A stretch of DNA of 64,000 bases from Curvularia clavata (GCA_023920165.1 CP089274.1:5766001-5830000), one strand, 5' to 3'; positions 41,947 through 56,515 are shown, counted from the first letter of the stretch. Made by a program: numbers and translations. Notes: generated by a model not told the origin, from the sequence alone.

Positions 41947-42352
41947 GTTAACGATTGCACGATTTGGCGATTTGGCATTATTTTTTTCGGCTGGGCTTTA
42001 GCATTTGGGCGCACTCTGGGGGTTCAACTTCTTGTATGGTATCTTTTGGCCACGGACCGTATGCAGCGTGCGACACGGCCGTACATATTCTTTGTCTGTA
42101 GTCGCGCGCCCTGGGAACTTTTAGGTAGTATATTACGTCACCCGTTGAATCTGTGCTCGGTGTGGCGCCAACGGCTGTGTTCCCTCCACATGTCTTGGAC
42201 CAGCGACCCTGGAGCTAGCGAAAAAAGCTTGATCCACATGAGCCTCGCTTCGTGATAGGTGACCCGTCTACGACTATTACCTCAGCACCCTCCATTTCCT
42301 TTTGGACTGCCCTGACCTTGTCGTTTGTACTACCCTATACGCCCAAGTCACC

Positions 42353-43381
<1,029 letters not shown>

Positions 43382-43654
43382 TGGGGTGGATGAAAATGGA
43401 TGCTGGGGTGCTTGTTGGAAGGATTTTACTTGAGATGGAAGAATTGCTTCTCCACGCTTTAAGAAAACGAAGTTTCGAATTTTTTTTGGATGACCAGAAA
43501 AGGAAGCATTGACACAGACATGAATATTAGCTGGCCTTGGAAGAAAGCAACCATACATCTTCCGTCTATAAATTGCTCTACTTGTTTGCGCCAAACGTGA
43601 CCTCTCTATAAAATACCGCTTCTCCAAACCCCAAGGTAATCTATATCTAAAGTC

Positions 43655-45055
43655 TTACAGCTTGGGAAACCTGACCCTCAAAAACTGGTTTGGCCACGCA
43701 ATATCCAGCCCCAGCTGCCACGCAACCCGAAGCACCCACTCCGGCTCCCTCATGAACTGCCTCGCAACCAAGACCACATCAGCCAGTGGCTCTTTGCCCT
43801 CGGTGACCTTAACAGCAGCCTGCGCCTCCTTTGCCAGTTCTGTATCGCCATTCCGCAGCACAGCGGCACCGCCCTCTTCGACGATATTCTTAGCCTGCTC
43901 AGCTTCGGTGATGAGACCCACGGCGCCAATGAACATGCTGAGGTTGGCCTTTTTGAGCTCACTGCGGATCCTCGCCGCGATCTTGATCTGGTAGTCTTTG
44001 CTATCAAACATGTTAATTTGCTGCTCTGGGTGATTGCCTCCGCTGCTGACATCGAGGAGGTCGACACCCAGCTCTGGCAGCAGTTTTGCGAGACGAATCG
44101 AGCTTTCAACGTCCCAGGTTCCATATTTCTTGTCCAACTCTGTGCCTTCCAGCCAATCGGTCGAGCTGATGCGGAGATACAAGGGCATTGTGTCGGGGAT
44201 GACTGCACGGACAGCCTTGATGATTTCGATGAGAAGACGAGTGCGGTTCTCAAATGACCCGCCATACTTGTCTGTTCGCTGGTTGGTGACCGGCGAGAGG
44301 AACTGGTGGATGAGATAGCCGTGGGCGCCATGAATCTCAATCACATCCACACCCGCCTTGACAGCTCTTTGCGCGGCAGCAGCCCAATCCTGTACCAACT
44401 CTCCTATCTCAGTTTCACTCAAGGCCCGAGGCGCCCAGTACCCGCTGCTCTCGTCATCCGCTGCTTTGCCATCCCAAACCCACTCCTGGCCACCCATCGG
44501 CCCAACAACATTAGTTGGCCACCCCGCAGCGTCGGTATCCGCTTTGACGCTGACCTTGCGCTTTCCATTTTGCGTCTTTTGCGCGCCCGCGATCCAAGGG
44601 GCGCAAGTGCTCGCCTTCCTGCCCGCATGCGCCAATTGAATACCGCATTGCGCGCCCTGGCTCTTGATGAAATCCGAGACCCTTCGCAAAGCCGGAATTT
44701 GCGAGTCGCTCCAGAGTCCAGGGCAATTTGGCGTAATGCGTCCGTTGGGCTGGACGCCTGTCGCTTCGATAAATACCAGGGCGGCTCCTTTGAGTGCATA
44801 GTGGCCGAGCGTCGCGACGTGGTAGTCGGTCAGCGCGCCTTCAGAGGGTCCTTCAGATGCGGTGCTGTATTGGCACATGGGCGCTACCTGAATGCGGTTT
44901 CGGAGCGTGGTGCCACGGATCGTGAGAGGCGTGAACAGTGTAGGAGTAGGTACATCTTGTTTGGCTTCAGGAGGGATAGTGCCTGGGCTGGTGAGGTGTT
45001 TGGGTGTGAAGTAAGGCAGCCCAGGGACGCCTTGGTTGATATCTTGAGGTGCCAT
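43655..45055 (-). CDS. NADH:flavin oxidoreductase / Old Yellow Enzyme (YqjM-like)
   Basis: RNRIQVAPMCQYS, IQLAHAGRKAS, IEIHGAHGYLIHQFLSP, YGGSFENR; intronless. Confidence 0.93.
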   Translation of the reverse strand: MAPQDINQGVPGLPYFTPKHLTSPGTIPPEAKQDVPTPTLFTPLTIRGTTLRNRIQVAPMCQYSTASEGPSEGALTDYHVATLGHYALKGAALVFIEATGVQPNGRITPNCPGLWSDSQIPALRRVSDFIKSQGAQCGIQLAHAGRKASTCAPWIAGAQKTQNGKRKVSVKADTDAAGWPTNVVGPMGGQEWVWDGKAADDESSGYWAPRALSETEIGELVQDWAAAAQRAVKAGVDVIEIHGAHGYLIHQFLSPVTNQRTDKYGGSFENRTRLLIEIIKAVRAVIPDTMPLYLRISSTDWLEGTELDKKYGTWDVESSIRLAKLLPELGVDLLDVSSGGNHPEQQINMFDSKDYQIKIAARIRSELKKANLSMFIGAVGLITEAEQAKNIVEEGGAAVLRNGDTELAKEAQAAVKVTEGKEPLADVVLVARQFMREPEWVLRVAWQLGLDIAWPNQFLRVRFPKL

Positions 45056-46185
45056 AGCGAGAGGAATACTGCAGTGCCAAGTGAATCGGGGGGGCTGCAG
45101 TCTACTGAAATAGTTTTCAATTAGCGAATTAGGCAATTTGTAAGTGCAGCACGCCAGATTGTTTGATTTATAAGTAGCCGGTGAAGTTACCGAGGTACTT
45201 TGACACCTTCCTTATCTAGGTAAGAAATGTGTGCATTTTGTCTCGTCTCACCTCACACTGTCTAGTTTTATTCTGATTGGGACTGGCAGGATAACTAAGG
45301 TACTGAAAGGTCGAATTGACGTGCGTAACCAGAGTCCTATAGCTCCTTATTTTTCTCTAAGAAACAAGCGTAATTTTGTATACACTTGGGTTATAACCGA
45401 GCCCTGTTCGGCTTTTATCTCAAATGCCCGAAGCTCATCGAGTTGACTCTCGCTCTTTATGCGTAGGAAGATTATATTATATATGGATGTTTCTGTGTTC
45501 ATATGTCGTGTAACATCACGTGATCTGAGGTAGGGAACACTCGTCTAGAATCCATCCAGATCATCTAGGGACTGTACTCGCACCAACATCAAGACTCATA
45601 TGGAAAGGAGTAACATCGCTTCGAGCACTTTGAGTTCTAGCACAGCAAATAGTAACTAGGAGACTTCTAGGTCGGATAGCCTAAACCAAGATACTGCAGT
45701 AATGCGCCGGTGAACTGCTGGTATGTATTCGAGAACAAGGCGGACAGTTTCTACCATATATATGACGAAACAACAAGCATATTTACTTGATCTTCCTTGC
45801 TGGCGCTGCTTCGATGCACGTTTCATGACTGATTTGAATTACAGCCCGTCTTTCCGTTGCTGCTCTCCAGCTGCTATCATTGCCTTTGAGAGTTACTTTT
45901 GTATGAGAAGCATGACAAGGCACAAGCAATTTAAGTGCAAGCAATCGCTGTAGTAGCCTATTCCTGTTTGAACTGTTTGAAATAAAAGAGATAGTGGTCA
46001 AATCATTAATTGGCAAATCCGAAACCATCGCCTTGAAAAAACAGACAGCATCCCAAGTCTGAAAAGACACGGGGAAGGACGTATGAGACTGATGGCGAGA
46101 CTGGGATGGTAAGGGATACAGGGTCCAGTCTCGAGTGCGAGCACGCGTGACTGCGCGTCTGTCATGCATCGTCATCTAGTCTCAA

Positions 46186-46193
46186 TGACGTCA
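46186..46193. promoter_or_regulatory. CRE/ATF palindrome TGACGTCA
   Basis: Perfect palindrome ~150 bp upstream of the small stress/spore-type gene at 46342. Confidence 0.4.
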
Positions 46194-46341
46194 ACGGTTG
46201 GCTATTCCATATAGTTGCCAGCCATCGCCCACGGTACTGTAGACATCAAGACTCTCCATCTCTCTCGTCCTTGAAACTCATACATCAAGCTAGTTCACCA
46301 TACAAATCCTCCAACAACAAACATCACCCATTACCGACATC

Positions 46342-46677
46342 ATGTCTGCCGCACCAAACCAGCCCGGCCTCGTCTCCAGCCACGCTCAGTACGTCAAGGG
46401 TGCTGCTGAAGTAAGTACCATCTTACGCTATTTTCAGTCCTGTATCCACAAAGTCATAGGCTAACCACGTTCAAAGGAGACCATCGGCAATGTAACGGGC
46501 AGCGAGCCATGGAAGGCATCAGGTGCCTCAGACAAAGAACAGGCAGTCAACGCTATGAAGGCGGCGTCAGCAAACCGCGACCCTCAGCAGCAAGGAATGG
46601 GTAGCCTCGAGGAAAAGGCTGGCAATCTCGTTGGATGTGAGGGCATGCAGAAAGAGGGTGCTCAGAGCAAGCAGTAA
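46342..46677 (+). CDS. Small hydrophilic CsbD-like stress/spore protein (~89 aa), absent from ORF track
   Basis: MSAAPNQPGLVSSHAQYVKGAAE|ETIGNVTGSEPWKASG..DKEQAVNAMKAA...EEKAGNLVGCEGMQKEG; intron 46411-46476 (GTAAGT..GCTAAC..AAG). Confidence 0.8.
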
Positions 46678-46950
46678 TCTAGTAGTCGTCTCGAAAGTGC
46701 ACGACGTAATGTAATGAATATGAATAATAGACAAAACATACATATATATGATATACTACGTGTTCTGATGTTTATCGGTCAAAAAAGCAGCAATAAACAT
46801 CCAATCTATTGTTGCATGTACTATGGTCGCGTCCACCGTTGGCACAAAGGGAAGACGTGAAAGGCGCACGGCCCGCCCGCGAGACTTGAGCTTCGCGTCA
46901 TATCCAAAGTTACCACCACCATCTTCAAACACTATAGCACTACAGCCAAG

Positions 46951-47997
46951 ATGCCGCCCCCAGTCCGCGCACGTCCGATCAAGAAAGACGACTTTGAGGC
47001 GACCTTTAAGAAACTCAAGACATCTGTGTACCAGGACAGCGTGCGCCCAGCCGCCGTCTCTTCGTCGCACTACATCCGCTCCATATCCTGGAACGCTTCT
47101 GGTACTTTTATCGCTACGGGAGCTGCAGACAAGACATTGCGCATATGGAATCCCGAAAAGACAAACGTCAAGAATTCGACAGAGCTTCGTACCCCCAACG
47201 TGCCGCCGCTTACCAACCTCGAGCGCGTAGCCTTCCACCCCATCAACGAGAATGAGCTTGCAAGCTGCAGTACCGATGGTATGGTCAGGTTCTGGGATAT
47301 TCGCTCCAAGGCCAGCGTTGGTGAGGTCAAGGTTGGCGAGCAGCCCTTCACACTGGCATGGGCACCAGACGGTAACGACATTGTCGTAGGAAGAAAGGTC
47401 AGTAGTCCTCGAATGTGTTTTCTGCCCAATCTCTGATTTTTTTCGTTTCTTCAGGATAATCTGCTAGTCAATATCGACCGCACAGCTCTCAGCATCGTCT
47501 CCGAACATCGCCAACCCCTCCAGACTAACCAGTGTGTCTTTGACTGGTCTGGCAACCACCTCTACTCGACAGCTGGTGACGGCAGCGTTAGATTACTGCG
47601 ATACCCATCATTTGAGAATGCGCTTACGCTCAATGCTCATACTTCTGCCTGTTATGCCGTCTCCATGTCACCGAGCGGCGAGTACCTGGCAGCTGGAGGT
47701 GGAGATGCGTTGGTTTCGCTCTGGGACACACAAGAGTGGATTTGCGTGAGGACATTGGAATTGACAGGAGGTCTCGTTAAGACCGTGGACTTCTCGTTTG
47801 ATGGTAGCTACATAACAGCAGGATCTGACGACAAGGAAGAAAAGAAGATTCGCATCGCACACGTAGAGTCCGGCGAGATTGTACACACCTTCGATGTTCC
47901 GACACCGGCAGCGCATGTCGCGTGGCACCCGTGCCGATACATCTTAGCATACTCGGCCGACAACTTGGGTCTGAAGATTGTTGGAGGCATCAGCTAA
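46951..47997 (+). CDS. THO complex subunit 3 / Tex1 WD40 protein
   Basis: WD repeats: IATGAADKTLRIWN, DGMVRFWD, LAAGGGDALVSLWD, VAWHPCRYILAY; one intron near 47398-47454. Confidence 0.8.
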
Positions 47998-48252
47998 GCG
48001 GGCGTTGAGTAAAAGGAGGGAAACGAGAAAGAGCCTTGATCAGTTTCCAGCGGAAATGATACCCAATTGTTCGAATTTCACGCGTCGCGTCGCACTTCTC
48101 TCTTCAACCGCGGCCCTTTCCCGACTGTGACGCAATCGTCTCGCTCTAGCTCGGTAAAGGAAGAGCTTCGGCATCGACCTTGTTCCTGTTTAAGCTGCCG
48201 CCTTCAACATATCCTAAACTTGCGCAATCTATTCACTTTGAACCGGGTCATC

Positions 48253-49314
48253 ATGGACGTCACAGCACCGATACAACCGAACAATCTTTTCTCGGCAAAG
48301 GGACTCGTAGTAGTTATTACTGGTGGTGGCAGTGGTACGTTTCAAGCTCTAAGCTACCCCGCCATGCCCCGCGGTCTCCCATCTTCACAGGCGTGAGCTC
48401 GTATACTTTCTCGATGGACGCTCATTGTTACAGGTCTCGGGCTTGCCATTGCTTCTACGCTTTACCAAAATGGCGCGGAAAAGGTCTATATCCTCGGTCG
48501 CCGGCAAGACGTACTTCGCAACGCCATTACCAAACTTCAGTCAGATGCCGCATATAAACCACATAGCACTTCGATTCTCAAAGATATTGTGTGCGACGTG
48601 ACCGACCTCGAGTCTGTAAAGGCAGCTGCTGAATTTGTAAAGAAAGACGTAGGCTATGTGGATGTGTTGATCAACAATGCTGGGGTTATCGGCCCAAAGA
48701 ATGGACAGGATATATACAAAGCCGAGTCGATTCAGCAACTGGCAGACACTATGGTATCTGGCTGGGACGGTTGGCAGAGTGCCATGGCCATCAACACCCA
48801 GTCCGTCATTGGTGTATCTGCTACTTTCCTTCCTCTTCTTGAAGCAGCCAACACACGACGCGGATGGGCACCTGGCAAGGTTACGGGCACCGGCAATCCT
48901 CGTGCCCGCGACACCTCCAAATTATCCCAGAATGGCATTGATGCAGACGACGACCGCATGGCACACATCATCACTGTCGCCTCAGTCGCCTCGTACATGC
49001 GCTGGGTCTCCGCCGGTCTTGCTTACAATGCCAGTAAATCCGCCGCAGCCCATCTCGCCAAGATGATGAGTACCTTCTTGTCCGAATGGGGAATCCGGAG
49101 CAACATTGTCTGTCCTGGTCCTTACCCAAGTGACATGACAGCTGACATTCGCCCTGTCTACGGCACCAACCAGATCCCTCAAGGCAGAATGGGTGGATTA
49201 AATGACATTGCTGGCTTGACTCTCTTCCTGGTAGGCAAGAGCGGCGCGTATGTCAATGGTACTGCGCAGCTTACGGACGGAGGAAGAGTGAGCGTGTTTC
49301 CTTCTACATATTAG
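48253..49314 (+). CDS. Short-chain dehydrogenase/reductase
   Basis: VITGGGSG|LGLA, VLINNAG, YNASK catalytic motif, CPGPYPS; intron 48335-48433. Confidence 0.9.
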
Positions 49315-49635
49315 ATAGACTGTTCGTGTAGTACGCTAGTAAATAGATCAAGTATACAGTCACTCCAAGCGGAAAGTATTACCCGAATCACAGGCAATGA
49401 TACTAGTTTGTAAGAGAATCGTCAAAGAAATATGTGAGAATGGTAACTATATGTTTTCTATTGAAGCTGTTCTAAATAAAAATTTCTTGGAATACAAAGA
49501 ATCGAGGACCAGTTATATGAACTTTATCGTATTTCATGACCATCATGTAGATTTGACTCTTGTCAAGATTGCGCTTACTGATGCCTCCAGGATCCAGCAC
49601 CCTGACTTGTGAGGACTTGAGGTTAAGCAGCTTCC

Positions 49636-51095
49636 CTAATCATCGTCCAGAGCGTTGAGCATGTTCATGATGGACAGCTGCGTGCAATTTTGAGCCTTTG
49701 GTGGAGAATTCACCGGTCGCCTAGTTATTTGCGGTCTTGGAGGTAGAGAAGGGCTGGTCATGTGTGGTCTCAAAGCTACCGAGGGACTAGTTACGCGGGG
49801 TTTTGGAGGTAAAAGAGGGCTTGTCGTGTAGTGTCCCTGACTGGCAGTTTGCTTTGGCATGTAGCTAGCACATGGGCTGGGCATTTCCCAGGGGCCTGTG
49901 TTTTCCGCAGTTGTATGGTATTGAAACCGAGGCACCGGGTCGTTGTATTTGGTGAGCTTTGTGCTACTCTGGGATGGACGATGTCCGAGAAAGCCAGCAT
50001 CAAGTTCTATGGGTAGTTTGGTGTCACCTGGCAGTTCGAATGGCCCTGGTGCTTTGTAAGATGGCCTTTTCTTGAAAGTGACTGGATCAGAAAAGAGCTC
50101 AAAGGGGCTGACAGGACCAGCGATATTCGTCGCGCTCATTTCTATGTGTGTGTCCTCCAGCTCTGGGATGTAATTGTTAATCTCTTGAGAGCCATCGTGC
50201 CTATAAGCCCATGCTTTCTGCTTTGTGTCGCAGAATTTCTCAGTCGGTTTGTAAATTGGTTCTGCCTCCCAGTATGTGCGATCCAGGGATGAGCTCTCGG
50301 TTGTTCCAGGGAAAGCATTCGTCGAGGAAGATGTGAATACATAGGTGGGTGGAGGCGGCACTATAGGGGGGTCTGAATAAGCAAATGTTGCTGAAGGAGT
50401 TTTTGGTTCCGGGTTCCTGCGCTGTTCTGTGTGCGTTGACGATGCGTTTCTGCTCTACTGTCAGTGCTTGCAACTGAGACAAATATTACTCTGCCCATGC
50501 GACCAGTAGCGCAAAGAGAAACGTACCGGTGTTCACCCGCTGACCTTCGCTGGGACATTGACATGCAGCTTTTTGCTTGCCTCAGCGCATGAGGTGAAAG
50601 GAGATCCTCAAATCGTGTGACATCGTGATATGTCGGGGGCTCTGATGTGACTGGTATCTCTTCCAGCGGGACAAGGAAATTCAAAACGTTCGACAGCTGC
50701 TGATGACAGATGAACAGTTCTGTTTTCCTGTTTACGAGCTTTTCATGATCGTTGAATACCCATCGTACTCGGGTCTCAAATTTGACTGATCCGATGGCTT
50801 CCTGATCAACTCGCGCTCGTTCTACCCATTTTCCAATCTGGTGTAGCGCTGTTTTGGTGCTCGTCACTGCGCTTTGAATCCACGAGAATTTAGCAGGGAC
50901 GCCTATCAGCTTCTGTTGCACGACTTTAACCTGAAGGAGACGCTCCACTTCATGTAGATCGGTTCGTACAACTTGAATAGTGCGAACGAACACCTCGTTC
51001 TCACTTCCCACTTCGGCTAGACGAAGGGCAAATTCTGCGAACTTGAAGGCAGTACTGATGCCTGAGAAGATGGCTGAGGCAGTGGAAAGATCCAT
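49636..51095 (-). CDS. Hypothetical protein: fungal N-terminal helical (HeLo-like/SesA-like) domain plus Pro-rich disordered tail
   Basis: MDLSTASAIFSGISTAFKFAEFA amphipathic start, RVRWVFND; probable intron 50526-50450 joins ORF 49636-50361 (acceptor choice uncertain). Confidence 0.55.
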
Positions 51096-51907
51096 TCGAG
51101 TGGAACTGTGTAGGCCCCTCCCTCCGGATCCATATGCGAAAGCAGGGCGGAGCTAGAATACTCGTAGGCTTGGGAGGCTCGAGAGAACAGTTGTTTTACT
51201 CGATCCTGACACAATCAGAATTCGACAAGGCTGAAAAAGTGACGATCAAAAAACAGAAGACATTCTTGCAGATAGGAGCTGCATTCATGGGCGGCGCGTG
51301 ATCGCTTAGACCAGAAGTGCTGGCTTACTGTATAACCCGCGGAGTGACTTGTAAGGCGCACGCCATGACTAGTAAACACATGCTTCACAAGATGTATTTG
51401 GCCCCCACACCTCAGCTTTTCCGCCTCTAGTACTTAGACCGCGCAGCAGGGCTTAAATGATGAGGCTTCCGGCGATACATGGGGCTGAGACCATCAGGAT
51501 GATCATCTAGTGTTCGCGTTCGTGACCGAAGCGAGATCGCAAGCCAAGCTGAATTTCATTAGAAAGTTTCCATGCATAGGCAGCCGAGCTGAAAGTAGTC
51601 TACATGGTAGCCACCCAGCCATTGATTGGAACAGGAATGGTCAAAGGCCGCTAGCGGCTTAAACAGGTTAGGCTAGCTCTGGTGCTTGGCGGCGATTAGC
51701 CAAAGCATCTACTAACGTCGCAGCCATCATTCATGGCTTCCTTGTTAGCAAGTATTGAATCACACATAGGGGTAGTGCAATCAAGCCTCAACAAGCCTCA
51801 ACAAGCCTCAAAATCGGCCCTTCATTCTAGCTTGTAGCAACGCATTAGATAACTTGCCGTGTTGAAACTTACTAAACAGCTTAGACCCATGTACATGTCG
51901 CGCACCT

Positions 51908-53182
51908 TCACACCTCCTCTGCCTCCATGGTCTCCTTCTCCCAGATCAGTTTAGGTGGAACCAGTGGCTCTGCACCGCTATCTACTGTCTGAAGCAGTGA
52001 AGGAAATACCGTCAGACCGCCCTTTGGAATGATGAAGTCAAAGCGATAAGATCCCGGCTGCGAGAATAACAATAGGGATAGATTACCAGCCTTGTTCAAG
52101 ATCATTTCCAAATTCCTTTTGCGTTGGACCCCATCAGAGCTTGCCGATACAAACGGAGCCAGCACGCGATCGAGATCAGCCAGAACTTCCGCGGCAGCCT
52201 GCTGCGAAACCCCTTGCTTGCCTTGATTCTGTTGGAGCAAGACGCCTGTGATAACTTTCCACTTACTAAACAAAGCCGTGCTAGCTAGAAGTCATTAGCT
52301 TGGTCTTGATGAAAAGCAGGTCAAAGCCACTATCATACCAGCATTCTTTCCCGCATCGACCGCGAGAATACTTGCCAAAGGCGAAAGTACTGGAGGAAGA
52401 AGACTCGATGGGCTCTCAGGGCCAACTCTTGCTAGCATTATCCATGCAATAAAGAGACGTAAAGCGTAAGTTCGGGTTGACGGGTCGACTAAGGCTGCTA
52501 GAAGTACCGAGCTGGAGACACCAGTGGCCATTCCCATGGAATCTAGTCGCGATGTGTCCACGTGTTCAAACGCCACTCCATTGGAGTGATAATGAGTACG
52601 GACGTGGTTCCTAATATTGTCGGAGATTCTGGAAACCTCTGTTTTTACCGCGTCGTCATCGATAACTTGAGGTAGGTGTTCATCAACTGCACTGACAGCG
52701 CTGGTCTGCACAATTGGCAGCTTTTCTGGTCTCGTATGACGCCTGTGCGAAGAGCGAGAATGGCGATGCGACATGACCTGGTTTTGGCGTCTTTTCAATA
52801 GGAAGAAAACAAGTATGGCTGCAATAACAGCTCCTGCTATTAGACCGCCAATGGCAGCACCGGCAACTGCTCCCCCTGAAATATTGTGTTTGTGGCCTCC
52901 GTTACTGTCCGTTGAATTAACAGAGGCCGGTACTGTAACTGGAGGTTGTGCCGCCGGATTATGATTGGGTGTTGGCGTAATAGAAGAGGACGCTGCTGGA
53001 TTTTGAGAGGATGCCGCTGAATTTTGAGATGGTACCCCTTGATTCAGAGTATTTGCCGCTGGGGTTACCGCTTGCTCCTGAACAGTTGCCGGTGAGGCTA
53101 CCGCTGGACTCGAAGAAATTACCGCTGGGGTTACCGTTGAACTCGGGGAGGCTTGAGCCGTACTTGAAGAGATTTGGCTCAT
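51908..53182 (-). CDS. Hypothetical single-pass membrane protein with Ser/Pro-rich ectodomain and helical cytoplasmic domain
   Basis: ISGGAVAGAAIGGLIAGAVIAAILVFFLLKRR TM; ORFs 52295-53182 and 51908-52273 joined by an intron; true start uncertain. Confidence 0.65.
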
Positions 53183-53886
53183 GTTTCGATATGTCTGGTC
53201 AAAGGAGGTATTTTGGTTAGGGGGAAGAAGCGGGATACAGTAAAAAAAGCTCTGGGGCTTTTCAAGACTTCAAGAGGGTCTTTCTAGGGATTTGGCGTAC
53301 TAGGTGAACGCACAGAATTATTAGATTTCTGGTCACAGCCGCACAGCACTAACTATTGGGGGTACGTAAAGCCTATGACTAGTCTAGAATGAGTAGAGTG
53401 AATAAACTGCCCGCCTAAAGTATCTACAGGTTATATTGCTGTGGATGTTTCTAGAGCACTAGCGTCCTGGTCCAGGCCTTCAGCCTTGTGCTACGCCTGA
53501 CTCTCGTGCAGCCATACTCAGCCTTAGGCGCATGCGTGTTCTCAGCTCGGCGAACCATCAATTTGGGTGACCTTCATTTGCCGTGACTAACACAGTGGCT
53601 TATCGTCCCGAACGTGGCTTCAGATTAGCCGCTTTATTTAGGGAGGGTTAGGGAGATCCATTGTTTACCTGTTTCCCGCCAAACCTCTCCTACAGCTCTT
53701 GCTGATCGTTGATCCAATTGTGTGATATATCTCAATCAAGACTGAATTTCCTTACTACTAGCGAATCCTCGTTATCAATACCCACAACGCGGCCTGGAGC
53801 TTTGGCGGTCTACTGCTCATATATCTAGTGTTCTCTCTTCGACATCATTCCTGTCTCTGCAATTAATCATTAGTTAAGGGAGTGCA

Positions 53887-56515
53887 ATGGAAGCTGGTAC
53901 CAGACCTGACCTGGTTGTCTCAATAGACTTCGGGACCACATGTGCGAATCCTGCCCTGTGCAAAAGGTTACGATGCTAATTTAACAGGTACGGGGGTCGC
54001 GTACGCAAATGTTGCAACTGGATCTGATAGAGTGTGGCATATACAGCGATGGCCTGGCCGTGCCCAAGCAGAAGTGAGCAAGGTAAGACTTCTAAGCCTC
54101 ATTCTATGAATTTTCATTAAAGCCGCTTACCAATTCCATAGGTACCATCGCTCCTTGTTTATCCAAAGGGATCTCATAATCCACCACTATGGGGGTTTGG
54201 TGCCGAGACAGCCTTAGAGCAAGGTAGTGTCACCGATGCGGACGACAAGAAAGATTGGTTCAAGATTCTTCTCGACGAGAACTTGCTCGAGCGGATGCGG
54301 ACAAAGGACCCACACAGCAACATTCCGTCAACAGCGGATGTGGAACGATGGTGAGTTAGTCCAGTTTGCGGTGTTCGTCTCTGATCTTGTAGGACTTGTG
54401 ATTACTTCCAGTCACTATATCGTAGTATTGAGGCAAAACTACGTGGCGAACTTGCCTGCCGATGGGAGGATGCTCGTATAGAGTTCATCTTCTCTGTCCC
54501 AACAACATGGAATCCACATCCCACCGTCGAACGTTTTCGAAACATAGCCGTACGCGCTGGCTTTGAGAAAAGTCCCAACCACAGCGTCATCATAGGCTTG
54601 ACCGAAGCGGAAGCCGCAGCTGTTCATACGGCGAAAAACATGCCTGGCTTGTTCAAAGTTTGTGTAGTCTACCGTATGTTAGGCAATGAAGTTGCTAACT
54701 TCATACACAGGAGAATGACATACTTCTGGTTTGCGATATTGGTGGAGGAACGACGGTATCAAGCCTCGATCATCACTGTAACCACGGAAGGTCTAACAGG
54801 CTCTAGGACCTCTCGGTTCTTCGAGTAAAGGGAACCAATCAACTCACAAGTTCTCTTAGTCTCGAGCAGATCGACGTAGTTTTTGGTGGGTTAGCCACTT
54901 GGCCAAAATATCGTGTGACTTACATATTACAGGTGCTACTATCGGAGCGGCGCGACTGGATAGCTTGTTCGAACAGGCGGTTTTGGACCGGTTGATTGCT
55001 GCAGACAAAAACTCACCGCTGGGTCTCCCGGATCTAACTAAGGTAGCATGGAGTATGCGAATGTCTAAGCAATATCAGTATGTCTGCCACAAAACGCCAA
55101 AGAGAGAATTGTTAGTTGACATTAACCCAGGAATGCAAAGTGTGAGTACGGTACAGAGGAATCTTTTACGGAAGAAAACTTCTACGTTCCAATCCCCGAA
55201 CTTAGTAAAAGATATGCGAACGCGGAATACGGTATAAGCGAAGGAGACATGATGTTCCGAAGGTAAAAAGCTGAGCACCATAATTGAACTCGTTAACAAG
55301 ATTCTAGAGATGAACTTAAACCTTTCTTTGACGCGCAGGTAAGTACATTGATTACTTCGTCAATTATGCTACCTGCTGAGTGATTCTCAGACAAGCAAAC
55401 TTTTCGATCTCATCGAGAAGCAACTAGGGCGCATCCGGCAAAAGTTCCCGAGCGAACAAGTGGTAAGTAGATTGAATCAAATTTTTGGCTTTGAAATAAC
55501 TAAACCCCATCAGGCCCACATGGTGCTATCTGGTGGCCTCGGAAATTCGGCTTATGTTCAAAGCGCTCTGCGTGATCGTTATGCACCTGGCCCTGCATCC
55601 TTCGCCAATGCTCAAAACCTCCAGATTCGCGTTGCACCCGATCCACAGCTTGTAGTATGCAAAGGCAACGTGGCCGATCGTTTGCAGAAGCTCAAAAACG
55701 GCGAGGGTGTTCTCAAGTGGCGATGCTGCAGAACATCTTACGGAACTCTTTGTAAAACGTTATATGACCCAAAAAATCCGGCACACCAAGGCCTCCGGAC
55801 CAAACTGGATCCATTTGATGGAAAGGTGTATGTTCTAGATCACATCGACTGGTTCATCAAGAAGGTGCGTGGAGCTTCGACATTGGAGCTAACTTTCTAA
55901 CTCAGTCCAGAGTCAACCCGTTGCTACTGACCGTCCCATAGTACGGCACTTCCGCAGGAAATGTGCCCCTGCGACTGCAATGTGTCCCGAGCCTACTCGC
56001 GTATTTCCTGATGAAATCGTTTGCTCAGACGTAGACGGCCCTCTTCCACTTGTTATGAACAACCGTAAGCTTATTCTACACGGAGGGGCTTGCGGCAAAT
56101 ACTAAAACAAAAGCAGTATGTCGTTCTATATGCAAAATTGAATCAGATTTCTCTGCAGTGCCGCTATCCAACTTCAAGCTCAAGAATCGACATTGGTGGA
56201 ACACGGGTAAGAAGTACCATCGCATCGAGTTTGTTGTCAAAGTCATCATGGGCCCAGCGAGGTATGTCGCTTTTCTAAGGAGATCACCATTCATTTCTAG
56301 AAGCGATATCGGACTTGTGCTAATCAATAAAATCGAGCAGCATGTCGTTTGAGCTTTGGCACCAAGGCATCAGAGTGAATAAAGAAAATTCGATCAAAGT
56401 GGAATGGCACCCTTCTTCTCCCCCACCACCAAGCGAACCAGTAGATGCCGATCTTTTGGTGAGTTCGCTCGCTATCAAGCACTTTTCCAGAGTCAAGGAA
56501 GAAGCCATGTTATGA
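53887..56515 (+). CDS. Hsp70-like actin-fold ATPase (HSPA12-like fungal family), ~13 introns
   Basis: LVVSIDFGTT-TGVAY, KVPSLLVY, FIFSVPTTW, LTEAEAAAVH, LVCDIGGGTT-DLS, MVLSGGLGNSAYV; 3' end approximate. Confidence 0.82.

Noticed and set aside
44306..45124. 272-aa plus-strand ORF and similar long antisense ORFs over conserved genes
   Set aside because: Shadow frames of real opposite-strand genes, with no protein motifs.
48335..48433. Possible twin intron or 2-nt micro-exon (CAG-GC-GTGAGC at 48388-48398) in the SDR gene
   Set aside because: Including GC frameshifts the TGGGSGLG motif; a single 99-nt intron gives the correct protein.
53635..53655. TTAGGG-like telomeric motif
   Set aside because: Only two non-tandem units; not an interstitial telomere tract.
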